The position numbers and the translations under genes were made by a program. The notes below the pieces were generated by a model. It ran no database searches and was not told where the DNA came from. It saw nothing but the letters and a program-made list of their open reading frames with translations. This document shows positions 1-10,480 of a DNA stretch of 64,000 nucleotides, piece after piece (position 1 is the first letter of the stretch; each line of letters opens with the position of its first letter). This DNA comes from a candidate division FCPU426 bacterium (GTDB lineage Bacteria > Oederibacteriota > Muellerivitia > Muellerivitales > Muellerivitaceae), in contig CAWKAR010000003.1 in assembly GCA_963847625.1 (NCBI GenBank), forward strand, positions 110,350 through 174,349, in the 5' to 3' direction.

Positions 1-160
1 CCGGCTTTGCCGTATCTGGCTGAACATCAGAGGGGTTTCGCGGGATAAAACGGTAAGGGAAATATTGGGAAAATGGTGAGTAAGCATGTTGTGCGCCTGG
101 TCGAACCATAATGTGCATCGGCCACTAATCACTTTTCCTTCAACTCTCTTGAGTTTGTTT

Positions 161-961
161 TTAAATTAAATCAAGGAATGCATTTATCTTTTCAAAAGAG
201 TCCCTGCGTAATCTTTCTTTTTCTGCGTCATCCACCTCATAAGAATTGGCTACATCCATAGGTCCAACATGTTTTTCCGTTAAAAAAGCATTACGGATTT
301 TTTCCAAACCTTCTTTGACCAATAGGTTATCGGCATGACCTTTAAACTCGGCGGCAAGACCCTTGAACCCGCCCGGATAATAAAGCACGCAAAAATAGAT
401 GTCATAGGCATCCTTGGGTTTGAAACGACCGGCCAAAGCCATGCCTTTCATAACGATAAAACTCACAATGGAAGCCACTCGGATCATAACCCTATCCTGG
501 CTTCCCGAAGGAAGGGTGCCATCCATTGTAATTTCAACTGGGCTTTCAAACGCCAAATCGCAACCGCGCGCCTTACGGGCTTTCAATCCTTGTATTTTTT
601 GATGCCGATGCCTTTTGCCCGTGCCTGAATATTCACCGGCAAGAAGATCAACGAAAACTGGTATTCCCCTCACTTTTTTCTGGTATTGAAACGGCTTCTC
701 GGTCCTTTCATATCCGGCGCCCAAAAGAAGTTTCTCGATTTTTTGATACCCCGCATCCCGGAGTTTCCGGTGATCCAAGGCCAAATCAACGTCGGTACTG
801 CCAATATGATTTTCCATGGCGTCCGGCAGGATGAGCGTCGGCACCCAGCCGCCCACTAAAACGATATTTTCACGGTACTCACCCAATAGATGGGCGCACT
901 CGATGAGTACCGATTTGGCCGCCTCAACCACCTCTTGTGAATAACCGCTTAAATTTGCCAT
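161..961 (-). CDS. Nucleotidyltransferase, AbiEii-like type IV TA toxin
   Basis: LVGGW, STDVD and KPKDAYD motifs; overlaps upstream AbiEi-like gene. Confidence 0.8.
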   Translation of the reverse strand: MANLSGYSQEVVEAAKSVLIECAHLLGEYRENIVLVGGWVPTLILPDAMENHIGSTDVDLALDHRKLRDAGYQKIEKLLLGAGYERTEKPFQYQKKVRGIPVFVDLLAGEYSGTGKRHRHQKIQGLKARKARGCDLAFESPVEITMDGTLPSGSQDRVMIRVASIVSFIVMKGMALAGRFKPKDAYDIYFCVLYYPGGFKGLAAEFKGHADNLLVKEGLEKIRNAFLTEKHVGPMDVANSYEVDDAEKERLRRDSFEKINAFLDLI

Positions 962-2046
962 TGTTTTTCGATAACTTCCTTCAATAAATTTTCCGCCGCG
1001 TCCTCACCGCGCCCGCCTGAGGTTTTCAAATCCAAGTATAACTGGATGGGGGAAACCACAGGCACCCCCTTTTCGTTTTTCGACCCGTAGTAAACCCCTT
1101 CGTCATAGGGCCTCACTAGGAACACATTCTCCCCGCTCTCAACCCTTTTTAGTTCCATTCGTGCTATCCAAAAATCAATATCATCGACATAAAAGCTTAT
1201 GGTTTTACTGCGAATATAAGGGGATAACAAATTCGATCCCGAGAAACTTGTCAGCGCGAACCTATTCGTGTAACCGATTATTTGCGAGCCCAAATCATTC
1301 CGGGATAAAACCTCCATCAGCTCCTCGTAAGATTTAAGGGTGTAAAAACGCTCGAAATGGTTGTCTTCGTTATACCGGTACCTGCCCGCCCATTCCATCA
1401 ACAGTTCTTTTGGACGCGTCAATTGCAGGCCTTCTTTGGAAACGGATATCCACTCGCGGGAATCCAGGAGATTTTTAACGTTTGATACCTGCCCCAAACT
1501 CACGTTTGCCTCTTGGGCAAGATCCTGCATCTTCCAGGTTTTTTGGGGGTCGTTTAAAAGAACCCTGATGACACGGGCGGCTTTTGGATAATAAAGCGTC
1601 ACTAAATCACGCCGCTTCACGAAGGGGTTGGCGGCACCTTTGAATTCAATATAAACATCATCAAAAGCAAGCCGGCAATTCCCCGCGAAATCCAGGGTTC
1701 CAACACCCGCCTCATGGCATATCTCAGCCGTCTGTTCGGAGATGTAAGGCGCCACCATGACACCGTAAGAATTGGAATAACCTTTCCTGGTATATTCCTG
1801 GATTTGGTGTATGACTTGTCTCGCTTCCCGTGGCTGGCCATTCGCCTTCACTTCAAACAGAATATTTTTCGTAGTGTTATCTAATCTTTTTAAACAAAGG
1901 ATCAAATCCGGGCCCAATGTGTTGGGATCGGTTTTTTTAAGGCTAATAGACAATTTGGATATGCTTCGAAAACGCTCATTTATTACTATTTCAGCGTTTT
2001 TAAGCATATCATCAAAGTTTTTCATTGGATTAATTAGTTTCATCAT
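949..2046 (-). CDS. AbiEi-like type IV TA antitoxin/regulator
   Basis: PD..EVK N-terminal domain, wHTH (LAQEANVSLGQVS), C-terminal VSPIQLYLDL..GGRGEDAAE. Confidence 0.8.
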   Translation of the reverse strand: MMKLINPMKNFDDMLKNAEIVINERFRSISKLSISLKKTDPNTLGPDLILCLKRLDNTTKNILFEVKANGQPREARQVIHQIQEYTRKGYSNSYGVMVAPYISEQTAEICHEAGVGTLDFAGNCRLAFDDVYIEFKGAANPFVKRRDLVTLYYPKAARVIRVLLNDPQKTWKMQDLAQEANVSLGQVSNVKNLLDSREWISVSKEGLQLTRPKELLMEWAGRYRYNEDNHFERFYTLKSYEELMEVLSRNDLGSQIIGYTNRFALTSFSGSNLLSPYIRSKTISFYVDDIDFWIARMELKRVESGENVFLVRPYDEGVYYGSKNEKGVPVVSPIQLYLDLKTSGGRGEDAAENLLKEVIEKQWQI

Positions 2047-2347
2047 TTGTTGAAATAGTACTATTTAATGAAAATTATGTCAATATTCACTATTTATTAT
2101 AAGTTTATGTCTCTACAGACCACCCTGTTTATACTGGTTTTGTGACTTTCTAAGGAAAAATGGATTTTTGCAGTGTTATTGAAAAGGGCTGGAATTTTCC
2201 CATCGCCGGCTAACACGAAAAGAATGAAGTGGATCTGCGGGAAGTTCAAGGCGGGGAAAGGGTGAGAAATGCCCCACACAATCATTAGACGAAACAATGG
2301 CCGTAAAGGTTCCGCCATAACCGAGGTTAAAATTGGCCTTTTTCCCT

Positions 2348-2375
2348 TGTCCAATACACCTCCCCCAAGTGGACA
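2348..2375 (+). repeat. Cassette-boundary site A
   Basis: TGTCCA ATACACC TCCCC CAAG TGGACA. Confidence 0.8.
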
Positions 2376-2421
2376 AGCTAGACCTTGAAACAGAAACCGC
2401 ACCTGTTATTAACAACAACTT

Positions 2422-2742
2422 TTATGATTTAACCATAATCAACATCATCTTAAACCGCTCCGTTGCCTTCAGGGCATGCGGCTTGTTAGCCGGCATTAAT
2501 ATCATCTCACCCGCTTTAACATGAGAGGGTTTTCCCTCTATCGTAACTTCCGCCTTCCCGTCAAAAATATAAACCAATGCGTCAAAAGGGGCCGTATGCT
2601 CGCTTAATCCCTGCCCCTTGTCAAAAGCGAAGACGGTCACGGTTCCTTTGTCCTTGCGTATAATTTCTTTGCTGACAACAGAACCATCTTGATAGTTCAC
2701 CGATTCAACTAATACTTGGACCTGCCCAATGAAGCTTTCCAT
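2422..2742 (-). CDS. Cupin domain protein
   Basis: FDKGQGLSEHTAPFDA and MPANKPHAL cupin motifs. Confidence 0.85.
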   Translation of the reverse strand: MESFIGQVQVLVESVNYQDGSVVSKEIIRKDKGTVTVFAFDKGQGLSEHTAPFDALVYIFDGKAEVTIEGKPSHVKAGEMILMPANKPHALKATERFKMMLIMVKS

Positions 2743-2770
2743 TATTCCACCTTAACAAGCCTATATATCG

Positions 2771-3187
2771 CTAACGCCGCCCCCGCTTTGAATTGTCAAC
2801 AGACCACTTCCCCCCGCCCTTAGCGGCGATAAAGAGAAATACAAAGCAGTAAATCACCGCCAGCTCGCCGTGGTTGACGATCGGGAAAAAGTTGCTGTCG
2901 AACGCGAACTTCCAATGGAATTGAAAATAGGCCACCGCCATCTGACCGCTGGCCAGAAACGCGGCGAAGGTCGTTCTCAACCCCGCCAAAATCAACAACC
3001 CACACACCAATTCAATGATGCCGCCAACCCACAATTGGGACCCCACCGGAGGTCTCATACTGGGATCGGTCAACAACCCCAAAATCTTTTGGGCTCCATG
3101 AAACGAGAACAGAAAACCAGACACGATCCGCAATAAACCGTAGGTTTCCTCGGAATACTTCAAAAGATGCTGCTCAAATTTACTCAT
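2771..3187 (-). CDS. DoxX family membrane protein
   Basis: LLRIVSG..HGAQK, ASGQMAVAYF, NHGELA, GGGKWSVD. Confidence 0.85.
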   Translation of the reverse strand: MSKFEQHLLKYSEETYGLLRIVSGFLFSFHGAQKILGLLTDPSMRPPVGSQLWVGGIIELVCGLLILAGLRTTFAAFLASGQMAVAYFQFHWKFAFDSNFFPIVNHGELAVIYCFVFLFIAAKGGGKWSVDNSKRGRR

Positions 3188-3216
3188 ATATCCGTGCCTC
3201 CCTTCATTTTATGCAA

Positions 3217-3690
3217 TTATTCCTCGTCGATTTGTTCTACGAGGTAGTTCTTCAAATCCATTTGTTTGATTTGGTCCTGCTGAGCTTCAAGCCAGTCGAT
3301 ATGGGCCTCTTCGTCCTTAAGAATCGCTTCGAGGAGATCCCTGGTGCCGTTGTCCCCTAGTTCGGAAGCCAGTTTTATTGCGGCGTTATATGCCTTAATG
3401 GCGCTTTCCTCGGCGGTCCAGTCGTTCTTGATTTGCTCGGGTACGTCGGCGCCGATATGGATGGCTAGGAGCTTCGAGACGATGGGCACTCCCTCTAGGA
3501 ATAGGATCCTGCCGATGAGCTTCTCGGCATGTTTCATCTCATCCTTGGCGCGTTTTTCAGTCATCTTGTGGAGCCGCCCGTAACCCCAGTTGGCGCACAT
3601 TTCCGAATGAACCATATATTGGTTGACGGCGGTAAGCTCGTCAGATAATTGTGTGTTCAACGTCTCAATGATCTTTGGATTGCCTTTCAT
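3217..3690 (-). CDS. bfr: Bacterioferritin
   Basis: MKG..ELTAVNQY..H, EMKHAE, ILFLEG, DEEAHIDWLE. Confidence 0.92.
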   Translation of the reverse strand: MKGNPKIIETLNTQLSDELTAVNQYMVHSEMCANWGYGRLHKMTEKRAKDEMKHAEKLIGRILFLEGVPIVSKLLAIHIGADVPEQIKNDWTAEESAIKAYNAAIKLASELGDNGTRDLLEAILKDEEAHIDWLEAQQDQIKQMDLKNYLVEQIDEE

Positions 3691-3769
3691 TTCATTTTCT
3701 CCTATTAAAAGTTGATTAATAAAGATTCTAACATTTTGATAGACCGAGTTTAAAATTAAGAAACTTGGT

Positions 3770-4342
3770 TTAGGCCCCGAATCTGGTTCCGGCTTCGGCC
3801 CAGTCGATGGCTTTCAGGAAGGCCTGCACGTAATCGGGCTTGGCCAGACCATAATCCACCATATAGGCATGCTCGAACACGTCCCCCAAGAGGACCGGCA
3901 CGGAGCCAGCCGGATATCCCGCATCGTGCTCGTTGATCCAAACGTTGAACAGTTTTTTCCCGACCGGGTCGTAAGTCAAAGCCGCCCAGCCTATGCCCCG
4001 CATGCCGCACACGGCCGCGAAGGCCTTTTTCCAATTATCCACCGAGCCGAAATCAGCCTTGATCTGACCAGCTAGTTTTCCCGAGGGCTCGGCTTGCTTC
4101 GGGACCTTGGTCATGTTCCCAAAGTAAAGTTCATGCAGTCTCATGCCATTGAACTCCCATCCAAATCTTCTCTTCAGTTCCGCGAAACCCGGGGTGCCGG
4201 CTTCGGCCTTCTCCAAAAGCTCCACGACCTTGTTCACGTTGGTCACATAACCTTCATAAAGCTTAAAATGGTTCTTCAACAGAGTTTCGCTGAAGCCGGG
4301 TGTCCCGATCAGGCTTGAAAAATCTTTTGGCTGGTAAGGCAT
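3770..4342 (-). CDS. Fe/Mn superoxide dismutase family protein
   Basis: HFKLYEGYV, LHELYF, DVFEHAY; likely start MPYQPKD at 4342. Confidence 0.88.
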   Translation of the reverse strand: MPYQPKDFSSLIGTPGFSETLLKNHFKLYEGYVTNVNKVVELLEKAEAGTPGFAELKRRFGWEFNGMRLHELYFGNMTKVPKQAEPSGKLAGQIKADFGSVDNWKKAFAAVCGMRGIGWAALTYDPVGKKLFNVWINEHDAGYPAGSVPVLLGDVFEHAYMVDYGLAKPDYVQAFLKAIDWAEAGTRFGA

Positions 4343-4606
4343 GTTCCCCTCCTTGGTTTGTATTTGATACAAGCAAATCATTTCACGTCTCAAACGCGGC
4401 GCTTCTCCTTTTTCAAATGAATTTTTATCTAATTATCGTCTTAATCATCCGATTCAGTTTCCGCCACCACCGCTTTTAAAACTCCCAAAAAGAGCTCAAT
4501 GAACCAATCCCCGTCATAACGGAAGCCGGTCAACTTTAACGTCGAGGGCCTCAGCGATTTTCATTGAGTAAGTCTTTTGGGGGAATAAAAAAGCATGTTC
4601 GGTCCC

Positions 4607-5119
4607 TCAGGCATTGGCTTTGGCGGCCTTCAAAGCCTTTTCATAGTCTGGTTCTTCGGTGACTTCCTTGACGATTTCCACGTGTTTCACCTTGCCATCC
4701 TTGCCTATGACGAAAAGGGACCTGGCTTCCAGCCGGAGTTCCTTGATATGGGTTCCATAAGCATTCCCAAAGCCCATTTCCCGGTGGTCCGACAGGGTCT
4801 GGATTTTTATATTCTCGACACCGCAAAAACGGGCCTGTGCGAAGGGCAGGTCGGCGGTGATGGTTAAAACCTCGATGGTTTTAGGCAGACGCCCGATTTC
4901 CAGGTTGAACTTCCGGGTCTGGATGGCACAAACCGGGGTATCTAGGGAAGGCGCCACCGATAAAATCAGGGTCTTCCCCTTAAATTGGTCCAGGGTCACT
5001 TCCTGTAGGCTGTTATTCAGAAGTTTGAAATTGGGGGCCGGGTCCCCCACCTTGATTTCAGGCCCGATCAAAGTCAACGGCTTTCCCTTAAAAGTGATGA
5101 CTCCCAAACGTTCTTGCAT
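4607..5119 (-). CDS. tpx: Thiol peroxidase (atypical 2-Cys peroxiredoxin)
   Basis: PSLDTPVC and DLPFAQARFCG. Confidence 0.92.
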   Translation of the reverse strand: MQERLGVITFKGKPLTLIGPEIKVGDPAPNFKLLNNSLQEVTLDQFKGKTLILSVAPSLDTPVCAIQTRKFNLEIGRLPKTIEVLTITADLPFAQARFCGVENIKIQTLSDHREMGFGNAYGTHIKELRLEARSLFVIGKDGKVKHVEIVKEVTEEPDYEKALKAAKANA

Positions 5120-5429
5120 AACATCCTCCCTTTTTATTTCATTCAGATATCGGCAATGGGCGGTTGCTCCCAGTTTAAAACTAAGCGCATCCGATAACAG
5201 CTATCAACCGGAATATCCCAAATTAACTTGCCCGACTACGATGCCAGGTAATTTGTTGCTTCATTTTATTGCCCTCAACGGTTGCTTACCCAGATTTTTT
5301 TGAGGGAGAGGGCCAAATTCGCTTTATGGATCACATCGCGCTAAAAAAGGAAGTCTTTCACTCCCCTGATCCTATTTTCCCAAACTAGGATTTTTTTGGA
5401 AAAAAAGCAATGTACATCGGCCATACACC

Positions 5430-6092
5430 TTACGCTTTGTCCGGAACGGATGGCTTTGACGGCAACTTTATTTCATAAAAATGATCGCAGGCCGGGCATC
5501 GAATGACCTTCATGTCGGACGGCAGGTGAACATCGTAAGCCGCCGCGCAATGGGAACAGGCGGTTTTTAACCCAGTCGGTCGAGAGGTGGAATAATCAAA
5601 TAGGGCCATGCCCGTCGCGTCGTTGAAATAGGAACCGACCGCCGCCGAAGACAGGAGTTCCATCTGGGCCTCAGGCAAGGCAGCCGACGCCGCCTTGTCG
5701 CTCTCATACCCCTCGGCGATCTTCACAACATAATCCATCCAGGCGTTGGTGATGTAAAAAGTCACATAGTGTTTTAAACCGGGTATTCGGAGTGAAATCC
5801 GCTTTAAGTCCTCGCAATGTTCGAAAACCCAAACATCCTTGTCCTTTACAATACCGGGTTCCTCCCAAAACCGGGCCCGAGGATCGGATGGCGGTGGAAG
5901 GTCCCGGCATAAAATCAAAAATAAGGCGTCGGAAACCCGAAGTTGCTTCTGAAAGTCCTCAAAAGCAGCCCTGCCGTCGATTTGCTCGTAGTACTTCCAA
6001 ACCGTCCCGACCCTGACCGTAAAGAACACCTTCTCAAAAAACGGCTTGAACCGTTGGTCCGAGAGGCTGTCAACAATAAGGATTTGACGCAT
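5430..6092 (-). CDS. Hypothetical protein with C-terminal Zn ribbon
   Basis: 220-aa ORF with CSHC..CPAC near the C-terminus. Confidence 0.55.
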   Translation of the reverse strand: MRQILIVDSLSDQRFKPFFEKVFFTVRVGTVWKYYEQIDGRAAFEDFQKQLRVSDALFLILCRDLPPPSDPRARFWEEPGIVKDKDVWVFEHCEDLKRISLRIPGLKHYVTFYITNAWMDYVVKIAEGYESDKAASAALPEAQMELLSSAAVGSYFNDATGMALFDYSTSRPTGLKTACSHCAAAYDVHLPSDMKVIRCPACDHFYEIKLPSKPSVPDKA

Positions 6093-6158
6093 GGTAAACC
6101 ATTCCTTTTTCCAGTTACTGACTTATTTTTTGAAACCTATAAAACGGTCCCAGTTCCC

Positions 6159-6422
6159 TTAATCTTCGGCGATCAGGACAAACTCGGTCCTTGGTGCATG
6201 GCAGGAAGGGCAAGAATCTGAAAACTTTCCACCCCTCGGCATGAGTTCGCCGCATTGCAAACATTTCCAAAGGATTTCGGTTTGACCGGTCAGGGCGTCG
6301 TAATGGTATTCCCCTGCCGGAGCAGGGGGGGTATGCGATGGGGTGCTGGCATGTGGAATTTTCCTTTTTTGGGGTGACATTGTAACAGACTCCTGGGCCC
6401 TAACCGGTCGTATTTTTCCCAT
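6159..6422 (-). CDS. Small rubredoxin-like metal-binding protein
   Basis: WKCLQCG..CPSCHAP..F; start uncertain. Confidence 0.6.
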   Translation of the reverse strand: MGKIRPVRAQESVTMSPQKRKIPHASTPSHTPPAPAGEYHYDALTGQTEILWKCLQCGELMPRGGKFSDSCPSCHAPRTEFVLIAED

Positions 6423-6550
6423 CCCTATTCAAAATGGAAGCTTTATCCCCGCTTTTCCCTGTCCCTTCACTTTAACTCCATTTTTTTTAATCCCCGTCGC
6501 AGTCTTGTAATAAAGCTAGGTTGTCCCTAAATGAATAGAAAGGGGATGCC

Positions 6551-6979
6551 ATGGAAACAGAAGTTCATGTCAATCAAAGGTCCGTCACGGCATTGCTGAT
6601 GTTCGACGGGTTTTGCAACATGTGCGGCAGGATCGCCCGGTTCATTATGCGCCGGGACAAGCACCAGAAATTCATTTTTATCACCCTTCAATCCGGGAGG
6701 GCGAAGGAAATTTTACGGATGAATGGCCTGAACGCCTTGGACATGGGTTCCTTCGTGCTGGTCCAGGACGGCCGGGCCCGCCTTAAGTCGGACGCGATCC
6801 TGGGCGTTTTGGAGGAAATGGGAGGCTGGCTGGACTGGATGCGTGTTTTCAGGCTGGTCCCCGGCCCGTTCCGGGACTGGGTTTACGACCTCATGGCACG
6901 CAACCGTTACCGTCTCTTCGGAAAAAGCAACCAATGCATGAGGCCCAATCCGGAATTCAAAGACCGGTTTCCGGAATAA
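6551..6979 (+). CDS. DCC1/YuxK-like thiol-disulfide oxidoreductase
   Basis: FDGFCNMC and RDWVYDLMARNRYRLFGK. Confidence 0.88.
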   Translation: METEVHVNQRSVTALLMFDGFCNMCGRIARFIMRRDKHQKFIFITLQSGRAKEILRMNGLNALDMGSFVLVQDGRARLKSDAILGVLEEMGGWLDWMRVFRLVPGPFRDWVYDLMARNRYRLFGKSNQCMRPNPEFKDRFPE

Positions 6980-7040
6980 GGTTCGGAGGTTTGTCGCTTC
7001 AAAGGGGCTTTTGGAAAATCCCAGGACCGTGTTCTTCCCT

Positions 7041-7655
7041 TTATGGATTCATGCAACCTTGGGCCTTTGACACGACCAAGCGCAGGGACCGCAAGACCGG
7101 CCTGCCGCCGGGTAGTTCGCTGGCCATCTCGTAGCGCGGTACGGTGGGTTCCACCGCGATCGACCATGCGTCGATGCCTCCGGTCATGGACTTGACGTTC
7201 GTGAAACCGTGGCCCGCAAAATAAGCGGCGGCATCCAGGCTTCTCTCCCCCCGGTGGCAGTAAAAGACAATGGGTGTCTTCTTGGGCCAACCGATGATTT
7301 CCCTCGCCAAATCCTCGGTGATGAGTACCGCGCCGGGAATTCTGGCCATTTCCCACTCCTCGGGGGTCCTCACATCGATCAGACGCGGTGGGTGGAGGCT
7401 CATCAGGGCCTTCGCCACGTTTATGGGGCTTTCCTGGATGCGTCCTTCATTTTTTTCGGCTTCCTTGATGAAGCGGATGACCTCGTCGAGGTCGGACAGA
7501 CCGCGCTTACTCACCACGTCTTCCAGGATGTCCTGCGGCTCGTAACCGCAGCTGTGGCATCCGCCGATGTGGTAGCGCCGGAAGAGCGCGCGCTGGACGC
7601 TCGGATAGGCCTCCAGGACCTCCTGCATGGTACTTCGTTTCGAAATGGTAGCCAT
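7041..7655 (-). CDS. Rhodanese-domain protein with N-terminal GGCxxC domain
   Basis: IDVRTPEEW, YCHRGERS, GGIDAWS. Confidence 0.8.
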   Translation of the reverse strand: MATISKRSTMQEVLEAYPSVQRALFRRYHIGGCHSCGYEPQDILEDVVSKRGLSDLDEVIRFIKEAEKNEGRIQESPINVAKALMSLHPPRLIDVRTPEEWEMARIPGAVLITEDLAREIIGWPKKTPIVFYCHRGERSLDAAAYFAGHGFTNVKSMTGGIDAWSIAVEPTVPRYEMASELPGGRPVLRSLRLVVSKAQGCMNP

Positions 7656-7751
7656 TGGTTTCTCCCCTTTTTTACCGCTGAATTCCGTACTAAATCGTTA
7701 TAAAAAATCTACGCCGGCCCTCCCTCGGAAATCAAGAGGTCATCCACGCGT

Positions 7752-8687
7752 TTATCCCTTCGCCTCCTCGAAAAGCCAGGTGGAAAGGTATCGTTCGCCC
7801 GTATCCGGTACGATGACGACAATCGTCTTACCCTTGTTTTCGGGCCGCTTGGCAACTTGAATCGCCGCCCAAACGGCCGCGCCGCAGGAAATGCCGGCCA
7901 GGATTCCTTCCTTACGGGCCAGTTGCCGCGCGATCTCCCCGGCGTTCTCGTGGCTGACCCGGATGACCTCATCGATGATTTCTCGGTTCAGGATAGCCGG
8001 GACAAAACCCGCCCCGAGGCCCTGGATTTTGTGGGGTGCCGGCGCCCCGCCCGACAAAACAGGTGAGGCGTCGGGTTCCACCGCGATAGCCTTGAAGGAA
8101 GGTTTGCGCTTCTTGATAACTTCCGCCACTCCCGTGATAGTGCCGCCGGTTCCCACCCCGGAGATGAGGATGTCCACCTTGCCGTCGGTGTCCGCCCAAA
8201 TTTCCTCCGCCGTGGTTTTGCGGTGGATTTCGGGGTTCGCGGGATTGTTGAATTGCTGGGGGATGAAGCTGTTGGGGGTTTCTTTGGCCAGTTCCTCGGC
8301 CTTCGCGATCGCCCCTTTCATTCCCTTCGGCCCCTCGGTCAAGATCAGTTCGGCGCCAAAAATCTTAAGGAGCTGGCGTCTCTCCAAACTCATGGTTTCC
8401 GGCATGGTGAGGATGAGCTTGTACCCCTTGGCGGCGGCCACGAACGCCAGGGCTATCCCGGTGTTGCCGCTGGTGGGTTCAATGATGACGGTGTCTTTCT
8501 TGAGAACCCCGCGCTTCTCGGCATCCTCGATCATTGCCAGGCCAATCCGGTCCTTCACGCTGGACAAGGGATTGAAGGATTCCAGCTTGGCCAGTACGGT
8601 CGCCACCACCCCTTCGGTAACCCGGTTCAACTGCACCAGGGGAGTGCGGCCGATTGTCTTGGTTATATCGTCGTATATTTTAGCCAT
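7752..8687 (-). CDS. cysK: Cysteine synthase A
   Basis: [32 protein letters not shown]. Confidence 0.95.
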   Translation of the reverse strand: MAKIYDDITKTIGRTPLVQLNRVTEGVVATVLAKLESFNPLSSVKDRIGLAMIEDAEKRGVLKKDTVIIEPTSGNTGIALAFVAAAKGYKLILTMPETMSLERRQLLKIFGAELILTEGPKGMKGAIAKAEELAKETPNSFIPQQFNNPANPEIHRKTTAEEIWADTDGKVDILISGVGTGGTITGVAEVIKKRKPSFKAIAVEPDASPVLSGGAPAPHKIQGLGAGFVPAILNREIIDEVIRVSHENAGEIARQLARKEGILAGISCGAAVWAAIQVAKRPENKGKTIVVIVPDTGERYLSTWLFEEAKG

Positions 8688-8980
8688 GTTTCACCTCATG
8701 CTTTCCCGAGCGCTTGCTCGATGTCGGCGGGGGAACCGGCTAAAGGGATGGTCCCCGCGAAGTGTCGGTCTCCCGGATTAACTCCCGGGGCCGCTCCCGG
8801 GTTTTCCAGTGGACTGGGATACCGGTTATGGTGGGTGGTTAATGGGTCCGGTTTGTCCGGTCCCGATTAAAGGAACAACCATTGAAACACATAAATAATC
8901 TGGTCATAACGCCCCAAATATCAAGGGCCCCCGGAAACGCTTGCTCCGGGCCGTCCGGAGGGGGTATGGATTTAATTTCC

Positions 8981-9652
8981 TTAACGCTGGACCTTAATGT
9001 TAATCATGCCATTCTGAAGGGACCCATATAAACGAACCCACAAAGCCAGGTACATTTCGGGACCCCTGGCGGCGGAAATATCCCCTAAATCCAAAATATC
9101 CGTCCAACCGAGGGACTTGAGAAGACCGGCGACCTTAGCCTTGGCATCCTTGTCATTACCTGCCATAAAAATGGTGTGATCCCCATTCTTAACTGATTTC
9201 GGATTAACCATAACAGGCGCCGCGATGGTATTGAGAGTCTTGACCACTTTGAGATTGGGAAAGGCATTTTGAATGTTCTCGGCGACTGAGCGGATTTGAC
9301 CAGCAAGAACCGCCGGCGGCATGCCCTTGCTGAAATCCAACTCATTCGCCGTATCAATCAGGACTTTCGCACCGACTTGACTTGCTCCGGCCATTTGAAG
9401 AGCTTGTACCGATGCCTGTCCGTGGGTGGCATTGATGAGAATTTCCCCATGGTTTGCGGCCTCTTGAAAAGTGACTACTTTTGCCTTGTTTTGAATTTTC
9501 TCCAGCCACTCTTTTAGGCTTCCGGCCATGTTCTTTTTTTCGTCCAGTTTTTGAGGGTTTCTCGTTCCCAAAACCACGTCATTTCCCAATTCTACCAACC
9601 TGATCCCCAAGGTTTGACCCACTACACCTGATCCAATAATGCCAATTTTCAT
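8981..9652 (-). CDS. NADP oxidoreductase (F420-dependent family)
   Basis: GIIGSGVVG Rossmann motif, VVKTLNT, DLGDISAAR. Confidence 0.85.
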   Translation of the reverse strand: MKIGIIGSGVVGQTLGIRLVELGNDVVLGTRNPQKLDEKKNMAGSLKEWLEKIQNKAKVVTFQEAANHGEILINATHGQASVQALQMAGASQVGAKVLIDTANELDFSKGMPPAVLAGQIRSVAENIQNAFPNLKVVKTLNTIAAPVMVNPKSVKNGDHTIFMAGNDKDAKAKVAGLLKSLGWTDILDLGDISAARGPEMYLALWVRLYGSLQNGMINIKVQR

Positions 9653-9758
9653 ATCATTCCCCTTAACCTTCTTAAACTTTTAATTCAGGGTAATACTATT
9701 GATAGGTTTTTATGGAAAGCAAGGCAAGATCTGGGATTTATTTTTTTGGTTGGAGGAT

Positions 9759-9786
9759 CATCCAATGCGGGTCCCCGTTGTGGACG
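9759..9786 (+). repeat. Cassette-boundary site B
   Basis: CATCCA ATGCGGG TCCCC GTTG TGGACG. Confidence 0.75.
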
Positions 9787-9860
9787 ACGAAATATTTTTG
9801 ATAAGAATTGCCGGACTTGCCTTTCTGATTGTTCATGGAATTTTGGCGAAAACGCGGAGG

Positions 9861-10394
9861 TTAACTTTCTTCATTGGAAAGGTTGGGGGTGTCTTTGATG
9901 GAGAAGGTCAAAAGTCGGCAAAGCTGGGTTTTTTCCTTTTCTTCCACCAGCCGGTCTACCACAGGATAAAGTGTCCGGTTTTCCCTTGCTGAATGCTGTT
10001 CCATGTATTTTTTGAATTGGGCTTCATCGTCGAATAAGGCGATGATTTCCTTCCAATTGGAGTCGCTACGGCTCAAGCGGGAGGCCCGCAGGGTGATCCG
10101 GTTGAACCATTCCGTGATTTTTTTGTGTTCCGAAGAAATAACCTCGGTTTCGTCACCCTGGGATTGATCAACCTTTTGGCGGTAGATGGGCAGCAGAATC
10201 TCATCTTCTTCCCTCATGTGATTGAAAAGGGCTTTGCCTAAAGTCTTCAACATTGCCTTGGCTTGGATTAAATCGCTCTTGAGGATAGCCACTTGGTGGT
10301 TTTCGAACAATTCATGCATTTCACGGTGGATATTGTTCAAGTCTAAGAGAGTGCGCGATTGGAATTCCATCATTTTAGGTTTTCCTGAATTCAA
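9861..10394 (-). CDS. Hemerythrin/HHE domain protein
   Basis: HMREEDEILLP, EH, HSARENRTLYP. Confidence 0.75.
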   Translation of the reverse strand: MNSGKPKMMEFQSRTLLDLNNIHREMHELFENHQVAILKSDLIQAKAMLKTLGKALFNHMREEDEILLPIYRQKVDQSQGDETEVISSEHKKITEWFNRITLRASRLSRSDSNWKEIIALFDDEAQFKKYMEQHSARENRTLYPVVDRLVEEKEKTQLCRLLTFSIKDTPNLSNEES

Positions 10395-10480
10395 TATTTC
10401 TTATCGTAGTACCCCACCATGTAAATGATCCGATTGACCGGTTTATCCTAAATCGCAGACTAACGGACATGGTGCAATAG

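Noticed and set aside
8690..8880. SAM or T-box riboswitch upstream of cysK
   Set aside because: GC-rich hairpins are present but no recognisable consensus motifs.
10442..10469. Possible cassette site between hemerythrin and cyclase genes
   Set aside because: Arm spacing is 14 bp and the core is absent.
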